Assembly (NCBI GenBank): GCA_020349905.1
Contig: CP070702.1
Coordinates: 2,230,936 to 2,294,935, forward strand
DNA: 64,000 nt
From: Candidatus Eiseniibacteriota bacterium
GTDB lineage: Bacteria > Eisenbacteria > RBG-16-71-46 > JAFGJU01
Direction: 5' to 3'
Part shown: in pieces, positions 19,800 through 28,754 of the stretch
Layout: each line of letters opens with the position of its first letter
Position numbering within the stretch: the first letter of the stretch is position 1
Position numbers and translations under genes: made by a program
Notes under the pieces: generated by a model
Seen by the model: the letters and a program-made list of their open reading frames with translations, nothing else
Databases searched by the model: none
Told to the model about the DNA's origin: nothing

Positions 19800-21281
19800 C
19801 TACTTGCTTGTTCGGTTCGTGGCGTCCGCTGTCAAGGGATACAGTTCATCCATCAAGGCGCGATAATGCAGGACCAGCTGCTGATAGGTGGCAGCATTCT
19901 GTGCATACCTCAGTTTGGCACTTTCCTCGTTATCGCGACTCTGGATAACGAAGGTCAGCTCTCCCCTCCCCTGATTGTAGAGTCGCTCTTCTTCCTCGGT
20001 CTTCTTCCGGGCTGATTCGATCTGTTCAAGGTTGAGGGCCAGGACGGCCCGAAGCTCTTCAATCTGAATCAGCAGGCTGCTCACCCCTGCTTCCAGGTCC
20101 AAGGCCACCTGCCCCATCTCCAACTCCAGTCGCTCCAGCTGGAGGTCTGACACCTGGATATCTGTACGGGCCGTGCGATTGCCGAGTGGGACCCGCAGCT
20201 CGGCCCCGACCAGAAGGTCCGGCTTGTCGAGCAAGAGCGATTCGCCGAACTCATCCTCCCCTCCCTGGAGACCCGCTCCGACATTGAGGAACAGCTGTGG
20301 ACGAGCCGCCTCCACTAAGCCAGCGCGCTGGTGCAAAAGCTGCTCCCGCAGAGTGGCCAGGGTACGAAGAAGTCTCGAGCGCACGGTGAGAACACTCACT
20401 GCCTGTTCAGGTGAAGGCAAATCCGCGAGTTCGTACAGGTCATACTCTGGGGCAGCGTAATAGATCTCCTGCCAGACAGCAAGCACTGCCAGCTCCGCCT
20501 GCTTCGACTTCCACTGCGACTCTATGAGCATGGTGCTCTGCCTCGCAATCCTGACAGCATCTTCAGCCCGCAGGACGTCTACCTCGTCTATTAGGTTCGC
20601 CCTTCTCCTTCTCTCGGTTTGCTGGAGCTGCTCTTCTGCCAGACGCAGACGGTCGGCTGCAATCCGGCTCTGCTCAGACAGGAGCGTCCACTCCAGAAAC
20701 CTCGCGCCCAAATCCAGGAGAAATCCCTCCTGTTCTTCCAGCGACTGGATTGCGCTGAGGTCCACCGCATACTCCGCCAGCTCGTATTCCAGGCGGTCAA
20801 GCTTGCCACGGTAGTTCTGCAGGAGCGGATGGGAGTATATGGCGTATATCCTGTGCTGATAGAACCGTTCAGGTCCCAGCGGGATTGAGAAGCCAGGAAG
20901 TTCGATTTCGGGAAATCTCTGGTCTGCGACGTCTGACGAGACAGAGACAGACAGCCGGCCGCCGGTACGCCAGAATGCTCTCTCGGCTCCCGCGTTGAGG
21001 CTCAGCAAGTCAACGCGCTCCGAAGCGAACGCGCTGGAGCCGACTGGCTTCTGGTGGAGAAAGTACGGAGACGAAGTGATGACCCAGTCCTCCGCCCCCA
21101 GGTATCGCTGACGTCGGGTTTCTTCGATCTCCACCGACATCGCTTCTTTGGCGAAGAGAGGATGGTTCTTACTGGCAGCCTCAAGGAAAGCCTCGAGAGT
21201 CACTGCCTGTACAACGGCGGTAAGCATCAAGAGCGCAAAGAGAGCCATTCCAAGTACTCTTCCCAGTGTCCTACGATTCAT
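19800..21281 (-). CDS. TolC-family outer membrane efflux channel
   Basis: Signal peptide MNRRTLGRVLGMALFALLMLTAVVQA. Duplicated coiled-coil/beta-barrel repeat organisation of outer membrane efflux proteins. Only 32 nt upstream of the RND gene. Confidence 0.65.
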   Translation of the reverse strand: MNRRTLGRVLGMALFALLMLTAVVQAVTLEAFLEAASKNHPLFAKEAMSVEIEETRRQRYLGAEDWVITSSPYFLHQKPVGSSAFASERVDLLSLNAGAERAFWRTGGRLSVSVSSDVADQRFPEIELPGFSIPLGPERFYQHRIYAIYSHPLLQNYRGKLDRLEYELAEYAVDLSAIQSLEEQEGFLLDLGARFLEWTLLSEQSRIAADRLRLAEEQLQQTERRRRANLIDEVDVLRAEDAVRIARQSTMLIESQWKSKQAELAVLAVWQEIYYAAPEYDLYELADLPSPEQAVSVLTVRSRLLRTLATLREQLLHQRAGLVEAARPQLFLNVGAGLQGGEDEFGESLLLDKPDLLVGAELRVPLGNRTARTDIQVSDLQLERLELEMGQVALDLEAGVSSLLIQIEELRAVLALNLEQIESARKKTEEEERLYNQGRGELTFVIQSRDNEESAKLRYAQNAATYQQLVLHYRALMDELYPLTADATNRTSK

Positions 21282-21721
21282 GACAACTCCCCGTGTTAGG
21301 ATACCTTGAACTACCTTCCCGTCCTCCGAACCGACCCTCTTGGTCCGGGCCCAGAGCTGGTATCTCCCGGCCCTCAAGGTTGTGGCCGGTCAGGATTCTT
21401 ATTTGAAGGCCTTCCCAACTCAAACATATATGCTTGTACAGGTCAATAGGGCCGAGATTATCGTGTCGAGTTCCGCTCACGGGTTAGCTGCCCCACGCCA
21501 TGAATCGGTCAAGAGCGTTCACAGTATGCCCTCACATGCCGCATCCCATTGTTGCCAGGGTCGCTCTGTGATAGAGTATCGGGGTGCGTTGGGGGGACGG
21601 GGATGATGGAGATACGGTATTAGTCTCCGCGACCCGACGAATTGTGCCGGAATCCTGCAGCCTCATGAACAGTGTTGGGATTCAACAGTGCTTTTCTGTC
21701 CGCACTGAGTGAGGTGGGACG

Positions 21722-22258
21722 GTGAAGAGGATTCTCATCGTGTGTCTGCTCTTGACAGCAGGCACGACCTTGCAGAATGCCTACGCTCAGGACGAGACTC
21801 TCATAAAGACGGTCACTGCCGGAAGTGGGCAGGCCCGGGGCGGCATAGAAATCTGGCGCCTCGGATTTCGAACGACTCCACATCTATTGTTCCACAGCGA
21901 GTCAGCGCATCTTACGTTTGGCTACGAAGCTTCTGTGAGTCACCTGGTACACGGAGACGAAGGCGCTGCCGGGATTGCGCTCTCACCAGTGTTCGTGTGC
22001 TACCTCGGCCCTAAGTCGAACAGCGTTCGCCCGTATCTGGAGGCGGGTTTGGGAGTGGCAGCCATCTCAGACACTGAGATTGCCAATCGCGATTTGTCCT
22101 CGAGCTTCCATTTCGAAAACCGGGTGGGCATCGGCATCAGAGGAAGAGGATACGATTTGAACCTCAGGTACCTGCACTACTCAAATTCGGGCTTGAAGGA
22201 GCCCAACGAGGGCCTTGACATACTCATGGTCTCGTTCGGGCACGGTTTCGTTCCGTGA
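21722..22258 (+). CDS. PagL-like outer-membrane acyloxyacyl hydrolase (lipid A deacylase family) beta-barrel
   Basis: Signal peptide. 178-aa beta-barrel-like alternation. The C-terminal LRYLHYSNSGL segment matches the H-x-S-N catalytic motif region of PagL-family lipid A 3-O-deacylases. Confidence 0.5.
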   Translation: MKRILIVCLLLTAGTTLQNAYAQDETLIKTVTAGSGQARGGIEIWRLGFRTTPHLLFHSESAHLTFGYEASVSHLVHGDEGAAGIALSPVFVCYLGPKSNSVRPYLEAGLGVAAISDTEIANRDLSSSFHFENRVGIGIRGRGYDLNLRYLHYSNSGLKEPNEGLDILMVSFGHGFVP

Positions 22259-22369
22259 GATCGAAGGCGTTGGCCTGAGATGTGAGGCGCAGGAAGACGC
22301 CTTCGGTCGCTCTGAGGTCTGCCGCGTCGTGTGAGATTCTCGAACCTGCGCGGGGCGCGGCGATCAGCT

Positions 22370-25249
22370 CTAATCCAGCGGTTCCCGCCTCACGAGCTTC
22401 ATGACCCTTTCAGCAAGGTATGGAGCGTCAGCGTCGTCCGGATTGATCGCGAGTGCTTTCTCATACTCCCCGAGCTCCTCGCGCAGCCGCCCGGTGATGT
22501 GAAAGAGATGACCCGCCATCACGTGGGTCGTGGCCCTGTAGTAGCGCTCGAGACTCTCCCTGGTTGCGGCCTGCTCCTCCGGCGATGCGCCCAGGTTGAC
22601 GACCAGGCCCTCGGGGAACCGTCTCGCCCTTGCTATCTCCGAGAGGTTCATCCACTCGCCGCGCTCCCGGATCATGTTCCGCGGCGCCCTGAACTCGACC
22701 AGCGGTCTGTCCTCTGTGTTCAGCAACCCCTCACCCACCATATCCTCGATGCCGCTGCCGTGGACGGCCAGGCAGTCCGCGATTGCCAGAGGATCGTTCA
22801 TCCTGACCGAAGCCAGATCAGCGTTCAGTCCCTCGTTCTCCAGCGCAAGACGTACTCTCTCAAGGTCGAGGCGAATGGGCTTCATACTGCCCATCGCCAC
22901 GCTGTATGCCTCGACCGTGTTGTTCATGTACCAGATGATCACGTGCGGAAATGCCGCTTCCAGCGTCCTCACGATCATCTTGTATTCCTCATCCGACAGG
23001 AAATACGTGGGCAACCAGAACGAGAGGATGCCGTCCTCGGTGAGCCGGCTCTTGCAGAGCTCGAAGTACTCCTTGGTATAGAGGCTACCGTTCCCTACGT
23101 AGCGCGGGTGAATCGAGTCTGAGAGGATGATGTCGTATCGCTCGTCAGTCGCCATGACGAAGTTCCTGGCATCCTCGATGACCAGGGAGACTCTCGGATC
23201 GCTGAGAACGTTTTGATTCATGTCCTGAAAGTACAGCGTCGCTGCCCTGATTACCGAGGGAGAGATTTCGACGCAATCGATGCGCTCGATGCTGGGATGG
23301 AGACTGATGGACCAGCAGGTCCCTCCGCTTCCGAAGCCGATCTGCATAACCTTCTTCGGGTCCGGATGCGAAAGAAGCGGAAAGTGAGCCTGCATCTTCT
23401 GTGTCACCAGGAAGCCGAACTTTGTTCCCGCCACGTTTAATCCGTTTATGTCCAGTACCCTGTGACCGCTTTGCGCCTGGTGCACGGTCACGGTCCCGCT
23501 GGCACTTTCGTTCACGTATATGAGTGCCATCCTCTTCTCGGCCGTGGCGTACATGTCGACGAAGACTTCCCGAGGGATGAGAGCGAAGGCGATGAGGACG
23601 GAGGCTGTGCCAGCAATTAGGGAACCAAGCTTCAGAGTCGCGCCCAGGTCACGGCCTTCCACAGACCTTGCCGTCTTGCCGGCCCGTACCGCCTTGCCCC
23701 CCCGTTTCCCGTGGCCCTTCCGTTTGGGCTTACTCCTTACGGTGCCTGCGGCGCCGTCGGGAGACGGGACGGGCGCGAACCACAAAATTACGATTCCGAC
23801 CGCCACGCTTACTGAACCTGTCGAGATGGCGGAAATCCTAACGCCCAGCGCCTCGACCAGGATGAAACTCGCGAGAAATGAACCTGCGATCGCACCGAGC
23901 GTGTTGATGCCGTAAACGTCACCCACACCGCGCCCCACGCGCGCCATGGCCCTCGAGTAAATCTTGGCAGCCAGCGGAAAGCTCGCCCCCATGAGAAAAG
24001 TGGGAACCAGAAGTATCACGAACGCAGCGCCCATCTTCCACATCGTGAATTGCCACCACGGGTCCGGCGTGTCGAGCGAAGTGCCGACTCCGCTCAGACT
24101 GCGCAGGAAAGATTCCCTGAACCCTATCAGCGGGGCAAAGAGAGGAATCAGAATGAGGACAACGATGCCGATGGAAAACTGAAACAGGCCGAAGAGACGA
24201 AGCCCGACACCCGGTCGGTCAAGGTATCTAGAGATGATGGCACTTCCGAGGGTGATTCCGAAAAGGAAACTCATCAGCACGAGGCTAAACGAGTGAACGA
24301 AGTTTCCGAGCACGTACACCATGATGCGCGTCCAGAGTACCTCGTTCGAGAGAGCCGCGAGCCCAGCCACTCCGGCACCCAGGAGGATGAGACGGGCCTC
24401 TCCGGGTAACGCTGCACCTGGGACCTGTACGGCCTTCTCTGCCGCTCCGACTTCCGATTCGCTACGCTGTGACCCGCTGCCCTTGCTGGAGCCTTGCACG
24501 GACGCAGGTGCGGAGGCAGGTGCGGCGACCCTTTCGCCTTCGACAGTCGCAGGTTCGATGGCCGCAATCCGCATTCCAACGGCTATTGCAATGAGCCCTA
24601 CCACTGTATTTATGAGGGCCGCAATGATGGAGGTCGTACGCATCCCCAGGAGTTCGATGAGGAAGAAGCCTGCCGCAAATGTACCCACCACCGCCCCGAA
24701 AGTATTCACAGCGTAAAGAGAGCCAACGGCTGACCCAAGACGCGGGAGCTTCCGCACGGCGAACTTCACGACCACAGGAAGAGTGGCTCCCATGAGCGTC
24801 GTGGGCAGAATGAGCGCCATCGTACAGAGGGCGAACCTGAGGAGCGTGAACGTGAAGAAGGAGGCCGAGAACTTCTGGAACGCAACAACGTGGACGGCGG
24901 TGACACCCTGCAAGATGGTCGGAAAGAAGACCGCGAAGAGCCCTATCACCAATTCCAGAACACCGTAGAGAACGAGAGGTGACATCCTACCGCGGTCCAC
25001 GTATCGTCCGAAGAGGAAGCTTCCGAGCGCAAGCCCGGCCATGAAGGCAGTCACGACGGCACCCATGGCGTAGACCGTGGCTCCGAACGTGGCGACAAGC
25101 ATCCTCGTCCAGACCACCTGGTAGACGAGCGCGCTAGCGCCCGAGAAAAAGAGAAGAACAAGAAGAAGCCAGCGTCTGGACCAGTCGGAGCGACCGGCGC
25201 CACCCTTTGGGTTACTCCGGCCAGCGGGTTTGCGGGAGTCTGTATTCAT
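22370..25249 (-). CDS. fused MFS-like membrane domain / spermidine synthase-like aminopropyltransferase with C-terminal TPR
   Basis: Two 6-TM blocks flank a Lys/Arg-rich loop. The C-terminal soluble domain with GFGSGGT...VEISP..IR.A...F......DPR..L...DAR...Y...D is the spermine/spermidine synthase fold. TPR-like repeats follow. ATG at 25249 gives a clean start; the six-frame ORF extends to 25315. Confidence 0.65.
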   Translation of the reverse strand: MNTDSRKPAGRSNPKGGAGRSDWSRRWLLLVLLFFSGASALVYQVVWTRMLVATFGATVYAMGAVVTAFMAGLALGSFLFGRYVDRGRMSPLVLYGVLELVIGLFAVFFPTILQGVTAVHVVAFQKFSASFFTFTLLRFALCTMALILPTTLMGATLPVVVKFAVRKLPRLGSAVGSLYAVNTFGAVVGTFAAGFFLIELLGMRTTSIIAALINTVVGLIAIAVGMRIAAIEPATVEGERVAAPASAPASVQGSSKGSGSQRSESEVGAAEKAVQVPGAALPGEARLILLGAGVAGLAALSNEVLWTRIMVYVLGNFVHSFSLVLMSFLFGITLGSAIISRYLDRPGVGLRLFGLFQFSIGIVVLILIPLFAPLIGFRESFLRSLSGVGTSLDTPDPWWQFTMWKMGAAFVILLVPTFLMGASFPLAAKIYSRAMARVGRGVGDVYGINTLGAIAGSFLASFILVEALGVRISAISTGSVSVAVGIVILWFAPVPSPDGAAGTVRSKPKRKGHGKRGGKAVRAGKTARSVEGRDLGATLKLGSLIAGTASVLIAFALIPREVFVDMYATAEKRMALIYVNESASGTVTVHQAQSGHRVLDINGLNVAGTKFGFLVTQKMQAHFPLLSHPDPKKVMQIGFGSGGTCWSISLHPSIERIDCVEISPSVIRAATLYFQDMNQNVLSDPRVSLVIEDARNFVMATDERYDIILSDSIHPRYVGNGSLYTKEYFELCKSRLTEDGILSFWLPTYFLSDEEYKMIVRTLEAAFPHVIIWYMNNTVEAYSVAMGSMKPIRLDLERVRLALENEGLNADLASVRMNDPLAIADCLAVHGSGIEDMVGEGLLNTEDRPLVEFRAPRNMIRERGEWMNLSEIARARRFPEGLVVNLGASPEEQAATRESLERYYRATTHVMAGHLFHITGRLREELGEYEKALAINPDDADAPYLAERVMKLVRREPLD

Positions 25250-25327
25250 GTTTGGACCGTCTCCTGTCTGACTCTTCGAACGATGGCCGATTCTAACTAA
25301 CGCCAATCCTCCCAACCCTACCCCGAG

Positions 25328-25446
25328 ATGCCCGTTCAGTCCGAGTCACCCATCTTGGGAGACACGTCGCCCGTTCTGCCGAGTTGCCGATTTTAGGAGA
25401 AACGTCGCCCGTTCTGCCGAGCCCCCCATTCTGAGAGACGCCTCGC
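25328..25446. repeat. array of 3-4 direct repeats (core CGCCCGTTCTGCCGAG) spaced 38 bp apart in a divergent intergenic region
   Basis: Perfect 20-bp copies ACGTCGCCCGTTCTGCCGAG at 25364-25383 and 25402-25421, with degenerate copies at about 25328 and 25434. Confidence 0.7.
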
Positions 25447-25476
25447 CGCAGGGCAAGCCCTCCATGTCACAAGTGC

Positions 25477-25505
25477 TTGATTTTCCAGCCACTATAGTGT
25501 ATAAT
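25477..25505 (+). promoter_or_regulatory. near-consensus sigma70-type promoter (TTGATT-17-TATAAT) upstream of the multiheme cytochrome gene
   Basis: AT-rich island in GC-rich DNA. -35 TTGATT, 17-nt spacer ending in TG, -10 TATAAT followed by AAA. About 150-nt 5' leader to GTG at 25662. Confidence 0.5.
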
Positions 25506-25661
25506 AAAGGGGTGGTCAGTGCAACCCGCCTCGAATAGCGCCAATATGACAAAAAAATCGTGACGCTATCCAAAGAGCGCCTTCGGATGGACTGGACTAG
25601 CGGTTGGTCCGTCTATTGTATTTCGCACCCCGAGTAACTACAGCGGAGGGAGGCGATCTCC

Positions 25662-28343
25662 GTGAAGTATTTGCGAACGTTGGCTCTGTGTCTCGCCGTC
25701 ACGTGTGTGGCGACCGCTCCTCTCCTTCTCTCCTCCCTGACCGAGGCCCGCACACCCATCAGAAACGCCTTCTTCAACGTCTACCCTTCTGCCGAAGGCA
25801 CCCGCCTGGACGACCTGGCCAGCAGCCCGACTCACTGCGGGGTGTGCCACTTCGACTTCGACGGAGGCGGGCCCAGGAACCCGTATGGGATTGCAGTGGA
25901 GGTGGCTCGCAACTCCGGAATGTACTCCACGGACGAAGAGGTCATTGCCGCCATAGAAGGCGAGGACTCTGACAACGACGGTTTCTCCAGCCTGATAGAG
26001 ATTACCGACACCGTCAACTTCGACAACACCCCCACCTTTCCAGGACTGAATCAGAACAACATTAGCAGCGTCGTTAATGTGAGCGTTATCGAGATAAATA
26101 CTCATCTCACACCTACTGGCGGCGTTGACACGACCCCTCCCGCAGTTGTAGTGCTCTCTCCGAACGGCGCGGAAAGCTTCGATGCAAGCACCGTCAGAAA
26201 CGTCACCTGGTCTGCGTCCGACGCGAGTGGCATCTCCCACGTGAACATCTACCTTTCTGATGACAACGGCCTCACCTACATGCCGATAGCCAAGGGTAGG
26301 CCCAACGACCAGCCTTTTAGCTGGCACGTGCATAACCTGCCCGGTACGCAGAACCTGATTCGCGTCGTGGCAAAGGACAACGCGGGCAACAGCGGCTTCG
26401 ACGATAGTGACAGTCCTTTCACCATCATCCGCTATCCATTCGGCAGGGTGCCATCGACGCTGCGAGACGTAAGACTTTCCGGGACCCAGCCCTTAGAAGG
26501 CGGAATACTTGAAGACCCGGACGTGAGCTGCATAACCTGCCACGGCAACTACGACGTCGTTGCTGAACCCTGGCACAGCTGGAGAGGCAGCCCGATGGGC
26601 CAGGCAGCAAGGGACCCTCTGTTTCTGGCGTGCCTGGTGACTGCCGAGCAGGCCGCTCCCTCTGTGGGAGACCAGTGCCTTCGCTGTCACACCCCGGGAG
26701 GATGGCAGGAGGGACGCGCCGTCGACACGTTCGGGAACATGATAAACGCCAAGGATCGCCAGGGCGTGCAGTGCGACTTCTGCCACCGTGCCGTGGACCC
26801 TGACTACAAGCTAGGCATAAGTCCCCTGGAGGACGTCGCCGTACTCGACTCCCTGGACGCCATCCCCATGGACTACGCGAACGGCCAGTTCGTCACGGAC
26901 CCCAATCCGTTCAGACGCGGGCCCTTCTTTGACGCAGAGTCCAGCCACGGCTTCCTGGAGTCTCCGTTCCATCGCAAGTCAGAGATGTGCGGCACGTGCC
27001 ACGACGTCAGTAATCCCGTGTACGTGAGGGGTGCGACGCCTGACGAATACGTTCCGAACGCTTTCGATTCTCCGCACCCGGACGGGGATCAAGCCAACAT
27101 GTTCCCGCTTGAACGTACGTTCAGCGAATGGTCCATGAGCGAATATGCTTCCACGGGCGTTTTTGCACCTCAGTTTGCTGGGAACAAGCCGGACGGCATA
27201 GTGTCTACCTGCCAGGACTGCCACATGTCGGACGTTAACGCAAGGGGAGCCAGTGTACCGGGTACTCCGACGCGTCCGGACCTGCCGCTTCACGACTTCA
27301 CGGGAGGCAACTACTTCATCGCCGACATCCTGCCCAGCTTCTACCCCGGAGAGGTCGATTCGCTGAGACTGCTCGACGCCAAACTGAGAGCTATCGCCAT
27401 GCTTCAGAAGGCCGCGAGCATTTCGCTCATAGCGGGAGACGAGCCTCCTCATCTCAAGTTGACCGTGGTCGTGGTGAACGAGACGGGCCACAAGCTGCCC
27501 ACCGGCTATCCGGAAGGCAGGCGCATGTGGCTGAATGTTAAGGTCTACGACGACGAATCTAATCTAGTCTACGAATCTGGTGCCTACGACGAGGAAACTG
27601 CTCTTCTGGGGGACGACCCGGATATCAAGGTCTATCAGATAAAGCCGGGTATTTCTCGCCGGATATCCCCTGTTGTCAGCATCCCGTTCGGGCCGTCGTT
27701 CAATTTTGTCATGAACGACACGCTATTCTCGGACAACCGGATTCCGCCGAGAGGTTTCACCAACGCCAACTTCGAGGCCATACAGTCCCAGCCTATCGCA
27801 TACAGCTATGCAGACGGCCAATTCTCGGACACGACGACGTACCTGGTGCCTCCCACTGCGGTCTTCGCCGAGGTGAAGTTGTACTATCAGACAACGACCA
27901 GGGAATACATCGAGTGGCTGAGAGACCACAACGCCACAAACAGCATGGGACAGGACCTGTTGGACGCCTGGGCCAGGGAGGGAAAGTGCGCTCCGGTAGC
28001 AATGGCGACCGACACGATAAGCCTGCAGCTTCCGGTAGATGTTCCGATCAGAGAGGCCCCCGGCTTCCGCAACGCGCTGTTCCAGAACACACCCAACCCG
28101 TTTAATCCACTTACGAACATCGCCTATTCTCTTGAGTCGGCGGGACGAGTCAGCATCAGGGTCTACGACGTGAGGGGAAGTCTCGTCCGCACTCTGGTGG
28201 ACGCTGTGAAGCAGGCAGGGATGCACGAGGCCCTCTGGGATGGCCGCAGCGACGCGGGTGGGGCCGTCTCATCAGGCGTCTACGTGGTCAGGATGAACGT
28301 GAACGGCTACGAAGCGGTCCGCAAGGCCGTGCTCCTCAAGTGA
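25662..28343 (+). CDS. secreted multiheme (six CxxCH) c-type cytochrome with T9SS C-terminal sorting domain
   Basis: GTG start with GGAGGGAGG RBS. Signal peptide. Heme motifs CGVCH, CITCH, CLRCH, CDFCH, CGTCH, CQDCH. C-terminal 85 aa NTPNPFNPLTNIAYSL...RKAVLLK is homologous to the sorting domains of the two cargo proteins at 7392-10952. Confidence 0.8.
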   Translation: MKYLRTLALCLAVTCVATAPLLLSSLTEARTPIRNAFFNVYPSAEGTRLDDLASSPTHCGVCHFDFDGGGPRNPYGIAVEVARNSGMYSTDEEVIAAIEGEDSDNDGFSSLIEITDTVNFDNTPTFPGLNQNNISSVVNVSVIEINTHLTPTGGVDTTPPAVVVLSPNGAESFDASTVRNVTWSASDASGISHVNIYLSDDNGLTYMPIAKGRPNDQPFSWHVHNLPGTQNLIRVVAKDNAGNSGFDDSDSPFTIIRYPFGRVPSTLRDVRLSGTQPLEGGILEDPDVSCITCHGNYDVVAEPWHSWRGSPMGQAARDPLFLACLVTAEQAAPSVGDQCLRCHTPGGWQEGRAVDTFGNMINAKDRQGVQCDFCHRAVDPDYKLGISPLEDVAVLDSLDAIPMDYANGQFVTDPNPFRRGPFFDAESSHGFLESPFHRKSEMCGTCHDVSNPVYVRGATPDEYVPNAFDSPHPDGDQANMFPLERTFSEWSMSEYASTGVFAPQFAGNKPDGIVSTCQDCHMSDVNARGASVPGTPTRPDLPLHDFTGGNYFIADILPSFYPGEVDSLRLLDAKLRAIAMLQKAASISLIAGDEPPHLKLTVVVVNETGHKLPTGYPEGRRMWLNVKVYDDESNLVYESGAYDEETALLGDDPDIKVYQIKPGISRRISPVVSIPFGPSFNFVMNDTLFSDNRIPPRGFTNANFEAIQSQPIAYSYADGQFSDTTTYLVPPTAVFAEVKLYYQTTTREYIEWLRDHNATNSMGQDLLDAWAREGKCAPVAMATDTISLQLPVDVPIREAPGFRNALFQNTPNPFNPLTNIAYSLESAGRVSIRVYDVRGSLVRTLVDAVKQAGMHEALWDGRSDAGGAVSSGVYVVRMNVNGYEAVRKAVLLK

Positions 28344-28586
28344 TTCCAGAAGACGGGCAGCCTGCCCTGACAGCGTTCTGAGGCGGCTGCCCTCACCCCC
28401 CCGAGAAACCTCTGCGGTGGCGTTACCCCCTCCGAGAGTAGCAGATCAGGCCCGGTCCAGCTGGTGCCCGCGGCCCAATTGACGGCCTGCGCTGCCTCGC
28501 ACCCTACGGCCCTCTTGCGCGGACGTGACATGCTCCTGGGGCGGGCGCACCCGTCTCGCTCACGCAACACCATGGGAAGATTCTAC

Positions 28587-28615
28587 TTGACGCGATGGGC
28601 GGTTTGTGATATAAT
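28587..28615 (+). promoter_or_regulatory. near-consensus sigma70-type promoter (TTGACG-17-TGaTATAAT) upstream of the Cys-rich protein operon
   Basis: Same architecture and flanks (GTGxTATAATAAA) as the promoter at 25477-25505. About 140-nt leader to ATG 28755. Confidence 0.5.
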
Positions 28616-28754
28616 AAACCGGTAATTTCTATAGAAAGATCACCTTCATAACATACCAGACGACAGTTGCACTACCCGAGAGGGGAGCCCGCGATTCCCC
28701 GGACTCCTCGCCCTATTACTATCCCTTCGAGGGTGAGAAAGGGGGTGATTTGGT

